A DNA stretch of 64,000 bases from Eledone cirrhosa (Eukaryota). This document shows, one piece after another, positions 1 through 11,243 of the stretch. Location: positions 27,528,001 through 27,592,000 of the forward strand of contig OZ024764.1 in NCBI GenBank assembly GCA_964016885.1, written 5' to 3'. A program made the position numbers and the translations under genes. Numbering within the stretch: the first letter of the stretch is position 1; every line of letters begins with the position of its first letter. The notes under the pieces are model-generated. The model was not told the origin of the DNA. It made no database searches and worked only from the letters and a program-made list of their open reading frames with translations.

Positions 1-3000
1 TCGTTTCATCTCGCTCTCACTCTCTCGTTTCATCTCGCTCTCACTCTCTCGTTTCATCTCGCTCTCCCTGTCTCGTTTCATCTCGCTCACACTCTCTCAT
101 TTCATCTCGCTCTCTCTCTCTTCTTTCAACACTCTAATCCCTCACTTGTTTCATCTCTCTCAGAATTATTAGCCACAGGGGCAGAGATGACCATAACATT
201 ACATGTCAGAATTATTAGCCACAGGGGCAGAGATGTCCATAACATTACATGTCAGAATCATTAGCCACAGGGGCAGAGATGTCCATAACATTACATGACA
301 GAATTATTAGCCACAGGGGCAGAGATGACCATAACATTACATGACAATTATTAGCCACAGGGGCAGATATGTCAATAACATTACATGACAGAGTTTCATC
401 TCGCGCTCTCTCTCTCTCTCGTTTCCTCTCGCTCTCTCTCTCTCTCGTTTCATCTCTGTCTTCCTCTCTCTCTTCCTCTCTCTCGTTCCATCTCTCTCTT
501 CCTCTCTCTCGTTTCATCTGTCTCTCTCTCTGTCGTTTCATCTCGCGCTCTCTCTCTCTCGTTTCATCTCGCGCTCTCTCTCTCTCATTTCATCTCGCTC
601 TCTCTCTCTCTCGTTTCATCTCTGTCTTCCTCTCTCTCTTCCTCTCTCTCGTTCCATCTCTCTCTTCCTCTCTCTCGTTTCATCTCTATCTCCCTCGTTT
701 CATCTCTCTCTCGCTCTCTCGTTTCATCTCTCTCTCCCTCTCGTTTCATCTCGCTCTCTCTCTTCTGTTTCATCTCGCTCTCTACTCTCGTCTCCTCTCT
801 GTCGTTTCCTCTCTGTCTCGTTTCATCTCGCTCTCCCTGTCTCATTTCATCTCGCTCTCTCTCTCTCTCTTCCTCTCTGTCTCTTGTTTCAACACTCTAA
901 TCCCTCACTTGTTTTATCTCTCTCTAATCCCTCACTTGTTTCATCTCTCTTAGAATTATTAGCCACAGGGGCAGAGATGTCCATAACATTACATGTCAGA
1001 ATTATTAGCCACAGGGCAGAGATGTCCATAACATTACATGTCAGAATTATTAGCCACAGGGGCAGAGATGTCCATAACATTACATGACAGAGTTTCATCT
1101 CGCTCTCTCTCTCTCTCGTTTCATCTCTATCTCCCTCCTTTCATCTGTCTCTCTCTTGCTCTCTCTCGTTCCATCTCTATCTTCATCTCTCTCGTTTCAT
1201 CTCTATCTCCCTCCTTTCATCTGTCTCTCTCTCTGTCGTTTCATCTCGCGCTCTCTCTCTCTCGTTTCATCTCGCGCTCTCTCTCTCTTTCTCTCTCTCG
1301 TTTCATCTCTATCTCCCTCGTTTCATCTGTCTCTCGCTCTCTCGTTTCATCTCTCTCTCCCTCTCGTTTCATCTCGCTCTCTACTCTCGTTTCCTCTCTC
1401 TCGCGTTCCATCCCGCTCTCTCTCTCTCTCATTACATCTCGCTCTCTCTGTCTCGTTTCATCTCGCTCTCTCTCTCTCTCGTTTCATCTCGCTCTCACTC
1501 TCTCGTTTCATCTCGCTTCTCTCACTCTCGTGTTTCATCTCGCTCTCCCTGTCTCATTTCATCTCGCTCTCTCTCTCTCTTCCTCTCTCTCTCTTGTTTC
1601 AACACTCTAATCCCTCACTTGTTTCATCTCTCTCAGAATTATTAGCCACAGGGGCAGAGATGTCCATAACATTACATGTCAGAATTATTAGCCACAGGGC
1701 AGAGATGTCCATAACATTACATGTCAGAATTATTAGCCACAGGGGCAGAGATGTCCATAACATTACATGACAGAATTATTAGCCACAGGGGCAGAGATGT
1801 CCATAACATTACATGTCAGAATTATTAGACACAGGGCAGAGATGTCCATAACATTACATGTCAGAATTATTAGCCACAGGGGCAGAGATGTCCATAACAT
1901 TACATGTCAGAATTATTAGCCACAGGGGCCGAGATGTCCATAACATTACATGAAAGAATTATTAGCCACAGGGGCAGAGATGTCCATAACATTACATGAC
2001 AGAATTATTAGCCACAGGGGCAGAGATGTCCATAACATTACATGACAATTATTAGCCCCAAGGGCAGATATGTCCATAACATTACATGACAGAGTTTCAT
2101 CTGGCGCTCTCTCTCTTCCTCTCTCTCGTTTCATCTCTGTCTTCCTCTCTCTCGTTCCATCTCGCTCTTCCTCTCGCTCGTTCCATCTCTCTCTTCCTCT
2201 CTCTCGTTTCATCTCTATCTCCCTCCTTTCATCTGTCTCTCTCTCTGTCGTTTCATCTCGCGCTCTCTCTCTCTCGTTTCATCTCGCGCTCTCTCTCTCT
2301 CGTTTCATCTCTCTCTCTCTCTCGTTTCATCTCTGTCTTCCTCTCTCTCGTTCCATCTCTCTCTTCCTCTCTCTCGTTTCATCTCTATCTCCCTCGTTTC
2401 ATCTCTCTCTCCCTCTCGTTTCATCTCGCTCTCTCTCTCCTGTTTCATCTCGCTCTCTACTCTCGTTTCCTCACTCTCGTTTCCTCTCTCTCTCGTTTCC
2501 TCTCTGTCTCGTTCCATCCCGTTCTCTCTCTCTCTCATTTCATCTCGCTCTCTCTCTCTCTCTTCCTCTCTGTCTCTTGTTTCAACACTCTAATCCCTCA
2601 CTTGTTTTATCTCTCTCTAATCCCTCACTTGTTTCATCTCTCTCAGAATTATTAGCCACAGGGGCAGAGATGTCCATAACATTACATGTCAGAGTTATTA
2701 GCCACAGGGGCAGAGATGTCCATAACGTTACATGACAATTATTAGCCCCAAGGGCAGATATGTCCATAACATTACATGACAGAGTTTCATCTCGCGCTCT
2801 CTCTCTCTCGTTTCATCTCGCGCTCTCTCTCTTCCTCTCTCTCGTTTCATCTCGCTCTCTCTCTCTCGTTTCAACTCTGTCTTCCATCTCTCTCTTCCTC
2901 TCTCTCGTTCCATCTCACTCTTCCTCTCTCTCATTTCATCTCTCTCTCTCGTTTCATCTCTATCTCTCTCTCTCGTTTCATCTGTCTCTCTCTCTGTCGT

Positions 3001-6000
3001 TTCATCTCCCTCTATCTCTCTCTCCCTCTCGTTTCATCTCGCTCTCTCTCTCCTGTTTCATCTCGCTCTCTCTCTCTCCTGTTTCATCTCGCTCTCTACT
3101 CTCGTTTCCTCTCTCTCTCCCTCCTGTTTCATCTCGCTCTCTCTCTCTCGTTTCATCTCGCTCTCACTCTCTCGTTTCATCTCGCTCTCTCTCTGTCTCG
3201 TTTCATCTCGCTCTCTCTCTCTCATTTCATCTCGCTCTCTCTCTCTCATTTCATCTCGCTCTCTCTCTCTCGTTTCATCTCGCTCTCACTCTCTCGTTTC
3301 ATCTCGCTCTCACTCTCTCGTTTCATCTCGCTCTCCCTGTCTCGTTTCATCTCGCTCACACTCTCTCATTTCATCTCGCTCTCTCTCTCTTCTTTCAACA
3401 CTCTAATCCCTCACTTGTTTCATCTCTCTCAGAATTATTAGCCACAGGGGCAGAGATGACCATAACATTACATGTCAGAATTATTAGCCACAGGGGCAGA
3501 GATGTCCATAACATTACATGTCAGAATCATTAGCCACAGGGGCAGAGATGTCCATAACATTACATGACAGAATTATTAGCCACAGGGGCAGAGATGACCA
3601 TAACATTACATGACAATTATTAGCCACAGGGGCAGATATGTCAATAACATTACATGACAGAGTTTCATCTCGCGCTCTCTCTCTCTCTCGTTTCCTCTCG
3701 CTCTCTCTCTCTCTCGTTTCATCTCTGTCTTCCTCTCTCTCTTCCTCTCTCTCGTTCCATCTCTCTCTTCCTCTCTCTCGTTTCATCTGTCTCTCTCTCT
3801 GTCGTTTCATCTCGCGCTCTCTCTCTCTCGTTTCATCTCGCGCTCTCTCTCTCTCATTTCATCTCGCTCTCTCTCTCTCTCGTTTCATCTCTGTCTTCCT
3901 CTCTCTCTTCCTCTCTCTCGTTCCATCTCTCTCTTCCTCTCTCTCGTTTCATCTCTATCTCCCTCGTTTCATCTCTCTCTCGCTCTCTCGTTTCATCTCT
4001 CTCTCCCTCTCGTTTCATCTCGCTCTCTCTCTTCTGTTTCATCTCGCTCTCTACTCTCGTCTCCTCTCTGTCGTTTCCTCTCTGTCTCGTTTCATCTCGC
4101 TCTCCCTGTCTCATTTCATCTCGCTCTCTCTCTCTCTCTTCCTCTCTGTCTCTTGTTTCAACACTCTAATCCCTCACTTGTTTTATCTCTCTCTAATCCC
4201 TCACTTGTTTCATCTCTCTTAGAATTATTAGCCACAGGGGCAGAGATGTCCATAACATTACATGTCAGAATTATTAGCCACAGGGCAGAGATGTCCATAA
4301 CATTACATGTCAGAATTATTAGCCACAGGGGCAGAGATGTCCATAACATTACATGACAGAGTTTCATCTCGCTCTCTCTCTCTCTCGTTTCATCTCTATC
4401 TCCCTCCTTTCATCTGTCTCTCTCTTGCTCTCTCTCGTTCCATCTCTATCTTCATCTCTCTCGTTTCATCTCTATCTCCCTCCTTTCATCTGTCTCTCTC
4501 TCTGTCGTTTCATCTCGCGCTCTCTCTCTCTCGTTTCATCTCGCGCTCTCTCTCTCTTTCTCTCTCTCGTTTCATCTCTATCTCCCTCGTTTCATCTGTC
4601 TCTCGCTCTCTCGTTTCATCTCTCTCTCCCTCTCGTTTCATCTCGCTCTCTACTCTCGTTTCCTCTCTCTCGCGTTCCATCCCGCTCTCTCTCTCTCTCA
4701 TTACATCTCGCTCTCTCTGTCTCGTTTCATCTCGCTCTCTCTCTCTCTCGTTTCATCTCGCTCTCACTCTCTCGTTTCATCTCGCTTCTCTCACTCTCGT
4801 GTTTCATCTCGCTCTCCCTGTCTCATTTCATCTCGCTCTCTCTCTCTCTTCCTCTCTCTCTCTTGTTTCAACACTCTAATCCCTCACTTGTTTCATCTCT
4901 CTCAGAATTATTAGCCACAGGGGCAGAGATGTCCATAACATTACATGTCAGAATTATTAGCCACAGGGCAGAGATGTCCATAACATTACATGTCAGAATT
5001 ATTAGCCACAGGGGCAGAGATGTCCATAACATTACATGACAGAATTATTAGCCACAGGGGCAGAGATGTCCATAACATTACATGTCAGAATTATTAGACA
5101 CAGGGCAGAGATGTCCATAACATTACATGTCAGAATTATTAGCCACAGGGGCAGAGATGTCCATAACATTACATGTCAGAATTATTAGCCACAGGGGCCG
5201 AGATGTCCATAACATTACATGAAAGAATTATTAGCCACAGGGGCAGAGATGTCCATAACATTACATGACAGAATTATTAGCCACAGGGGCAGAGATGTCC
5301 ATAACATTACATGACAATTATTAGCCCCAAGGGCAGATATGTCCATAACATTACATGACAGAGTTTCATCTGGCGCTCTCTCTCTTCCTCTCTCTCGTTT
5401 CATCTCTGTCTTCCTCTCTCTCGTTCCATCTCGCTCTTCCTCTCGCTCGTTCCATCTCTCTCTTCCTCTCTCTCGTTTCATCTCTATCTCCCTCCTTTCA
5501 TCTGTCTCTCTCTCTGTCGTTTCATCTCGCGCTCTCTCTCTCTCGTTTCATCTCGCGCTCTCTCTCTCTCGTTTCATCTCTCTCTCTCTCTCGTTTCATC
5601 TCTGTCTTCCTCTCTCTCGTTCCATCTCTCTCTTCCTCTCTCTCGTTTCATCTCTATCTCCCTCGTTTCATCTCTCTCTCCCTCTCGTTTCATCTCGCTC
5701 TCTCTCTCCTGTTTCATCTCGCTCTCTACTCTCGTTTCCTCACTCTCGTTTCCTCTCTCTCTCGTTTCCTCTCTGTCTCGTTCCATCCCGTTCTCTCTCT
5801 CTCTCATTACATCTCGCTCTCTCTGTCTCGTTTCATCTCGCTCTCTCTCTCTCTCGTTTCATCTCGCTCTCACTCTCTCGTTTCATCTCGCTTCTCTCAC
5901 TCTCGCGTTTCATCTCGCTCTCCCTGTCTCATTTCATCTCGCTCTCTCTCTCTCTTCCTCTCTCTCTCTTGTTTCAACACTCTAATCCCTCACTTGTTTT

Positions 6001-6275
6001 ATCTCTCTCTAATCCCCCACGTGTTTCATCTCTCTCAGAATTCTTAGCCACAGGGGCAGAGATGTCCATAACATTACATGTCAGAATTATTAGCCACAGG
6101 GCAGAGATGTCCATAACATTACATGTCAGAATTATTAACCACAGGGGCAGAGATGTCCATAACATAACATGACAGAATTATTAGCCACAGGGGCAGAGAT
6201 GTCCATAACATTACATGACAGAATTATTAGCCACAGGGGCAGATATGTCCATAACATTACATGACAGAGTTTCAT
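1..6275 (+). repeat. Composite satellite array: blocks of 46-bp monomer AGAATTATTAGCCACAGGGGCAGAGATGTCCATAACATTACATG(T/A)C alternating with CT-rich tracts of (CT)n-GTTTCATCTC units
   Basis: Eight 46-mer blocks (about 163-390, 953-1090, 1636-2092, 2645-2782, 3431-3660, 4221-4358, 4904-5360, 6037-6268) separated by 0.5-0.7 kb pyrimidine tracts with fixed linkers. A 3269-bp higher-order duplication is seen in the ORF track (245/3514, 1946/5215). Confidence 0.97.
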
Positions 6276-6316
6276 CTGGTTGGAGTAATAACAGTCTTGT
6301 TTATGTATATACACAC

Positions 6317-6355
<39 letters not shown>

Positions 6356-6940
6356 TGTTCTTGTATTTCTATAGAAAAGGTAAAGAAAAGAAGAATGCTC
6401 TATGTATTGTACAGAGCTATTTAATTACATAATAAACAACAGAATATAATTATTCCATGCAAATAGACTTAGAATGGAAAACATTCAGACAGAGAAGAAT
6501 GGATAATGAGCGTCGTAAGAGAAATTGGCCAACAATTAATATTAATGGAAATCTAGAAGAATTTCATATTAGTGATATGAATGTTTCGTGTGATCACTGT
6601 GAAGCTTTGAAATTTAGAAATGAAAATTGTAACTGTTGTAATAAAGGAAAGGTTGTGTTGCCTCCATTGCAAATATACCCCGAGAGACTGAGAAATCTCT
6701 TTGAAAGAGGCCAGGAAGCAGTTGATTTCACAGAAACGTCAGCAATTAAAACTACATTTATTTCACTTCATTTGGTGTTACCACCCGGCAGAGGCCCGTA
6801 TAGCTTTCATATTCAGGGTCAAACATATCACTACACCCCCATCTCTGTAACCTGCAGAAAATACACCACAATATGGCCAGTTATATATTATTGATGGGAA
6901 CGAAGGTGTGTAGCACAGATTGGAAGTACGACCAAATAAT

Positions 6941-7109
6941 TGTTTCTGGCACAAGGCCAGCAATTACTGGTACTTTATTCTATCGACCTCATAAGGATGA
7001 AAACAAAGTCAACCTTGGAGGGATTTGAACCCAGAACGTAAAGGGCCATAACCCTATGCTGCAAAGCATGGTGTCTGACGCTCTACCGATACTGCCAATC
7101 CACCGCCCT
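6941..7109 (-). mobile_element. tRNA-derived SINE inserted in the Helitron; same insertion at 16709-16877, 37938-38106, 47235-47403, 59788-59956
   Basis: The minus strand reads GGCGGTGGATTGGCAG..CTTTACGTTCTGGGTTCAAATCC..GACTTTGTTTTCATCC..GTCGATAG (B-box GTTCAAATCC). Flanked by imperfect 16-bp direct repeats AGTACGACCAAATAAT (6925-6940) and AGTACCAACAAATAAT (7110-7125). Confidence 0.85.
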
Positions 7110-8825
7110 AGTACCAACAAATAATGAGTGCTCACCACAAAAAATGGCTATGATAAGAGAGGTGTTGCGTGATGTAATCCATATGTCGAAGTGTACAATA
7201 CAATGCATGGCATCAAACAGCAAAGTGCAAGAAGAGAAAATTCTTGTGTACAGAACTGTAAATTAAGATTTAGAAGAGGATCAGATATGAGCTGCTATAA
7301 TTTACCAACTAGTAATGATAGCTGTTGTTTTGTGGGGGATTGAGGGCACACCACCTGTACAAAGAGATATTATCATCTTTCCTAAAGACCATCCTCCTCA
7401 GAATATATCACATAATTCATGCCACTTGGACCTCATGACCAACCCATAATGGTGAATTTTGGTGGCATAGTGACATGGAGAGGAATGCAGGACCTGTGTT
7501 TGCAATAGACTGACAATGCAGGAGTATTACATATACAGTATAGCATATAGAGGAGGATTTAGTGCGATATATAGGGCAGGTAAATTATTTTAGCAGTATT
7601 TAGTGGAAGCCTATATGAAAGTAGGGGGATGCAGGCTTCAATATTTGAGGAACAATCAAGCCCAATTGTGAGTGGATGAGTATAATGGTTTAATGAATTA
7701 TCTAAACAGATGATAACAGTGAGCCTTAAGAAATGAAGACAAGATAAGAAACAGAGAAGACATTGACAGAATCGTGTCAGCAGAAATACCTGCATTGGAA
7801 GATGATCAAGTACTACATGAGCAGGTTTAAAAGTTTATGATACACGGGCCATGTGGTTCTGGAAACCCTTTTCCCCCATTTATACAAAATGGATTTTTCC
7901 AAAAGAACTATCCAAAAACCTACGGAAGGGAAACATTATTGAACCTAAATGGATACCCAGAGTACAGGAGGTGCAAGACAGGAACTGCAGTGTAAATTGG
8001 ATGACATTCAGTAGATAACAGGAATGTTGTGCCATTTAATGCCTTTTTGCTTAAGAAATATTGTGCATATATTAATGTTGAAGTTTGCGCTTCTGTAAAA
8101 AGTGTCAAGTACCTCTTTAAATATGTTACATGGGGCATGATTGTACATCTATAGAAGTAACGAATAATGCATTACCTAATGAGGCTCAGAACCAACACAA
8201 CCATGATGAAATAAGAACCTATCTTTGTTGCAGGTATGTGTCTCAGCCAGAAGCAGTGTCGTGTCTGTCCGAATTTAAGCTTCATGGTACATCACATACA
8301 TTATACAGCCTAGCCACACACCTGGAGAACAAACAGAGTTTACTTTCAAAGAGGCAATGCTCAGGTTGTGGTAGAAATGCAGGGACCCTTGCTGCCTGGT
8401 TCAAGCTAAATGAACTTGCTTACACCTTCTGGGATGCCGCCTCACAAACTCCAATTAAAAGCAGGATCAATAATAATGCTTCTATGGAATATTTCAATCC
8501 AGAACAGATTATGTAATGGCACAAGATTAGAAGTAGTAGAACTGCATAAACATTTTATCAAAGCTTCTCATATCTATGGTCCTTTGATGGGCAGGTGTGT
8601 TTTGATCCTAAGACTGAAGTTAGCCCCCAGTGGTGCCAACATCCTTTTTACTTTGGAAAGACCCCAGTTTCCATTAAGACTGTCATATGCCATGACAATC
8701 AACAAGAACCATGGTCAAATACATGATAAAGTGGGTCTGTTCCTCCCTGAGCAAGTATTTAACCCTGGACAATTGTATGTTGCTTTTTCAAGAGTTCACA
8801 GACAGATGTAAAAATTAATCCTAGC

Positions 8826-9244
8826 AAACCCCCACCACTCCTACAACTGTTAGCTGTTAGCCCACCCCCAGCATCACCCAACCTCCGTTCTAGTCCCACC
8901 GTTAGAACCAATGCTGCTTACCCTGCCTCTTTTACTAGTTCACTCCGTCGCTCGAATTTCAAAGCTGGCCCTCTACACTTGGTCGTTGCCAGCTCACCAC
9001 CTGGTTGTGCTCTCTGTGTCCGCACTAGCCGGTACCTAAACACAATAAAATGTCACCTGTGCTACCAAAACTACCACAGGAACTCTGTCGGCATCAGCAA
9101 GGCTCAAGCCGAAAGGCTTCAATACTAGACCTGTAATCAGGGCCACTTTACCTCCGACGACCAGCTTTCTACCGAGTGTGTGTTGATGGAGGGGACATGA
9201 GACCAGCAAAGTCCTAGGAGTAGAGACTAGTAAATAATAAACGG
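8826..9244 (+). mobile_element. 419-bp insertion with degenerate PHD-finger coding remnant, flanked by a 7-bp direct repeat TCCTAGC; copies at 39766-40162 and 49120-49537
   Basis: TCCTAGC at 8819-8825 and 9245-9251. 9003-9143 translates GCALCVRTSRYLNTIKCHLCYQNYHRNSVGISKAQAERLQY*TCNQG (C4HC3 spacing). Confidence 0.7.
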
Positions 9245-9383
9245 TCCTAGCTATGTTAAGAATATATATAATAAAAATGTTCTATACATTTAAGAAGACA
9301 AGAGAAATAAATATTTACCTCTTTCATGTAGGTAATATAGCGGTGTTATAAAAGTATAATAACTGATGCGGGTAGTTTGTTTC

Positions 9384-10026
9384 AAACTATAACACATATA
9401 ACTCTATCAGTGAAGCCCTTTAGTATAGGTCAACTGGGAAACTATAACACATATAACCCTATCAGTGAAGTCCTTTAGTATAGGTCAACTGGGAAACTAT
9501 AACACATATAACCCTATCAGTGAAGTCCTTTAGTATAGGTCAACTGGGAAACTATAACACATATAACCCTATCAGTGAAGTCCTTTAGTATAGGTCAACT
9601 GGGAAACTATAACACATATAACCCTATCAGTGAAGTCCTTTAGTATAGGTCAACTGGGAAACTATAACACATATAACCCTATCAGTGAAGCCCTCTGGGA
9701 AACTATAACACATATAACTCTATCAGTGAAGCCCTTTAGTATAGGTCAACTGGGAAACTATAACACATATAACCCTATCAGTGAAGTCCTTTAGTATAGG
9801 TCAACTGGGAAACTATAACACATATAACCCTATCAGTGAAGTCCTTTAGTATAGGTCAACTGGGAAATTATAACACATATAACCCTATCAGTGAAGTCCT
9901 TTAGTATAGGTCAACTGGGAAACTATAACACATATAACCCTATCAGTGAAGTCCTTTAGTATAGGTCAACTGGGAAACTATAACACATATAACCCTATCA
10001 GTGAAGTCCTTTAGTATAGGTCAACT
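9384..10026. repeat. 55-bp minisatellite, about 12 units (AACTATAACACATATAACCCTATCAGTGAAGTCCTTTAGTATAGGTCAACTGGGA)
   Basis: Period 55 read directly (9442 to 9497). One truncated monomer at about 9690. Confidence 0.97.
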
Positions 10027-10074
10027 AACAGAAGTATTACGGGTATGGAAAAAATTCTAAATAAGCCTACAACA

Positions 10075-10154
10075 GTCATTGCGGGCCACTCTGACTGGTC
10101 AGGTGGGCTCGATTGTGGCCCGCGGGCCGCCTGTTGTACGCCCCTCCTTTAGAC
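10075..10154 (+). mobile_element. hAT (Charlie-like) MITE right-end remnant; partial copy at about 50169-50221
   Basis: GGCCCGCGGGCCGCCTGTTG..CCCCT followed by CTTTAGAC, which resembles the NTCTAGAN target consensus of hAT-Charlie elements. Confidence 0.55.
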
Positions 10155-10194
10155 AGAATATCTATCACTGTTAAGTAATAATGTGATCTGTCGG

Positions 10195-10389
10195 CCAACT
10201 ACATTTTCCAGCCTGTGGCGTTTGGGGGAGTCGGGATACTGACTGCGAGATTCCTATCTTCACTGGCAGCTAGCCTGACGAAGGTGACTGGTGAAGCTCG
10301 TGAGGGCACTTGGTTGTTCCAGCTCCTCAGCCTCGCCATCGCCCGAGGTAACGCTGCAGACGTGCTGGCTTGCCTAAAAAATCATTAGA
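10195..10389 (+). pseudogene. C-terminal remnant of a CRE-like (restriction-like endonuclease) non-LTR retrotransposon; copy at about 50263-50455
   Basis: Translates NYIFQPVAF / GILTARFLSSLAASLTKVTGEAREGTWLFQLLSLAIARGNAADVLAC, matching the ..QRLSLAIQRGNAASVLG C-terminus typical of CRE-like elements. Confidence 0.75.
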
Positions 10390-10469
10390 GAGGTTTCCCA
10401 GTGCTCCTCGCGATACTGTTAACTTTTGATCTAGTAGCAGCTCGTTTGTCCACCCCTTTCGCCTGCCTT

Positions 10470-10652
10470 TGGTTGTATGTCGTCCTAGATGTGTGTATTA
10501 CCTGCTTGTGTGTTGTATGTGGTCCTAGATGTGTTATTACCTGCTTATGTGGTCCTAGATGTATGTATTACCTGCTGGTGTGTTGTATGTGGTCCCAGAT
10601 GTGTGGATTACCTGTTTTTGTGTTGTATGTGGTCCCAAATGTGTGTGCTACC
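10470..10652. repeat. Short degenerate tandem repeat of about 26-38 bp (GTGTTGTATGTGGTCCTAGATGTGTGTATTACCTGCT); copy at 50538-50720
   Basis: Five diverged units visible downstream of the CRE-like stop codon. Confidence 0.85.
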
Positions 10653-11243
10653 CGCTTCTGTGATTTGTTTCTTCTTCCTCTCTTCCGAGAAACAATCGTG
10701 TATTTTTTAAATCTATTCCATGCGTTAAGTAATTAGCAGCAACAACAAACTGATTTTCAGTTGTAAAAAGAATCTTTAAACCTTCACCATTTACATTAAC
10801 ACATACCATACGTTGTCCCAGCCACAAATAAACAGTAAAAAAAACTTACTTTGCGGTTAAATTCGTCACAATTAAAAGAAAAATATTTCTAACACGTTTC
10901 TAGACAACACCAAGTTTACACCTTCAATATCCGGTAAAAGTAAAAACAAATTCTGGAGACATTTAACGAAACGAAACTATGTAAAGAAAAACGAAAATTA
11001 AACGAAGACAAATAGTAAATTTTAATTTTTATTAAATAAAATACCAGTAATTCACTGCAGTAGATTTAATCAACTTTACTCTCTCTGCACAAAAGAAGAA
11101 AAAAATTCCTGACTTAGTGCTTAATATATAGAGAGGGGGAGAGTTTGGTGTTTCTTCATATAGAGAGGGGTATTGGAAGAGAGTGCCGTGTAGTAGATAT
11201 AGAGAGGGAGAGAGTTAGTGCTAATTGATATAAAGAGGGGGAT

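Larger units (their letters stand above)
6457..9293 (+). pseudogene. Decayed, internally deleted Helitron Rep/Pif1-helicase (copy H1)
   Basis: Frameshifted pieces carry Helitron motifs: CDHCEALKF..ENCNCCNKGKVVLP, PPGRGPYSFHIQGQTYH, AGKLF*QYLVEAYMKV..CRLQYLRNNQ, FMIHGPCG, GYPEYRR, VVPFNAFLLKKYCAHINVEVCASVKSVKYLFKYV, and helicase C-terminus TPSGMPPHKLQLK..LCNGTRL..RPQFPLRLSYAMTINKNHGQ..GQLYVAFSRV. Multiple stops and frameshifts. Confidence 0.93.

Noticed and set aside
131-145. CTAATCCCTCA linker and TAACCCTA in the 55-mer as telomeric repeats
   Set aside because: Single imperfect units only; there is no (TTAGGG)n run.
168-186. GCCACAGGGGCAG in the 46-mer as a CTCF site
   Set aside because: It needs two gaps relative to CCACCAGGGGGCAG, and zinc-finger motifs do not tolerate such spacing changes.
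163-6268. 46-bp repeats superficially like a CRISPR array
   Set aside because: Monomers are directly tandem without unique spacers, there are no cas genes, and the context is eukaryotic.
8410-8811. Host PIF1 helicase gene
   Set aside because: Only a C-terminal fragment, colinear with Helitron Rep motifs, disabled and multi-copy.
9205-9232. GACTAGT as a Helitron 3' CTAG terminus
   Set aside because: There is no good GC-rich hairpin upstream, and it lies inside the TCCTAGC-flanked insertion, before the helicase stop. The true Helitron termini could not be defined.
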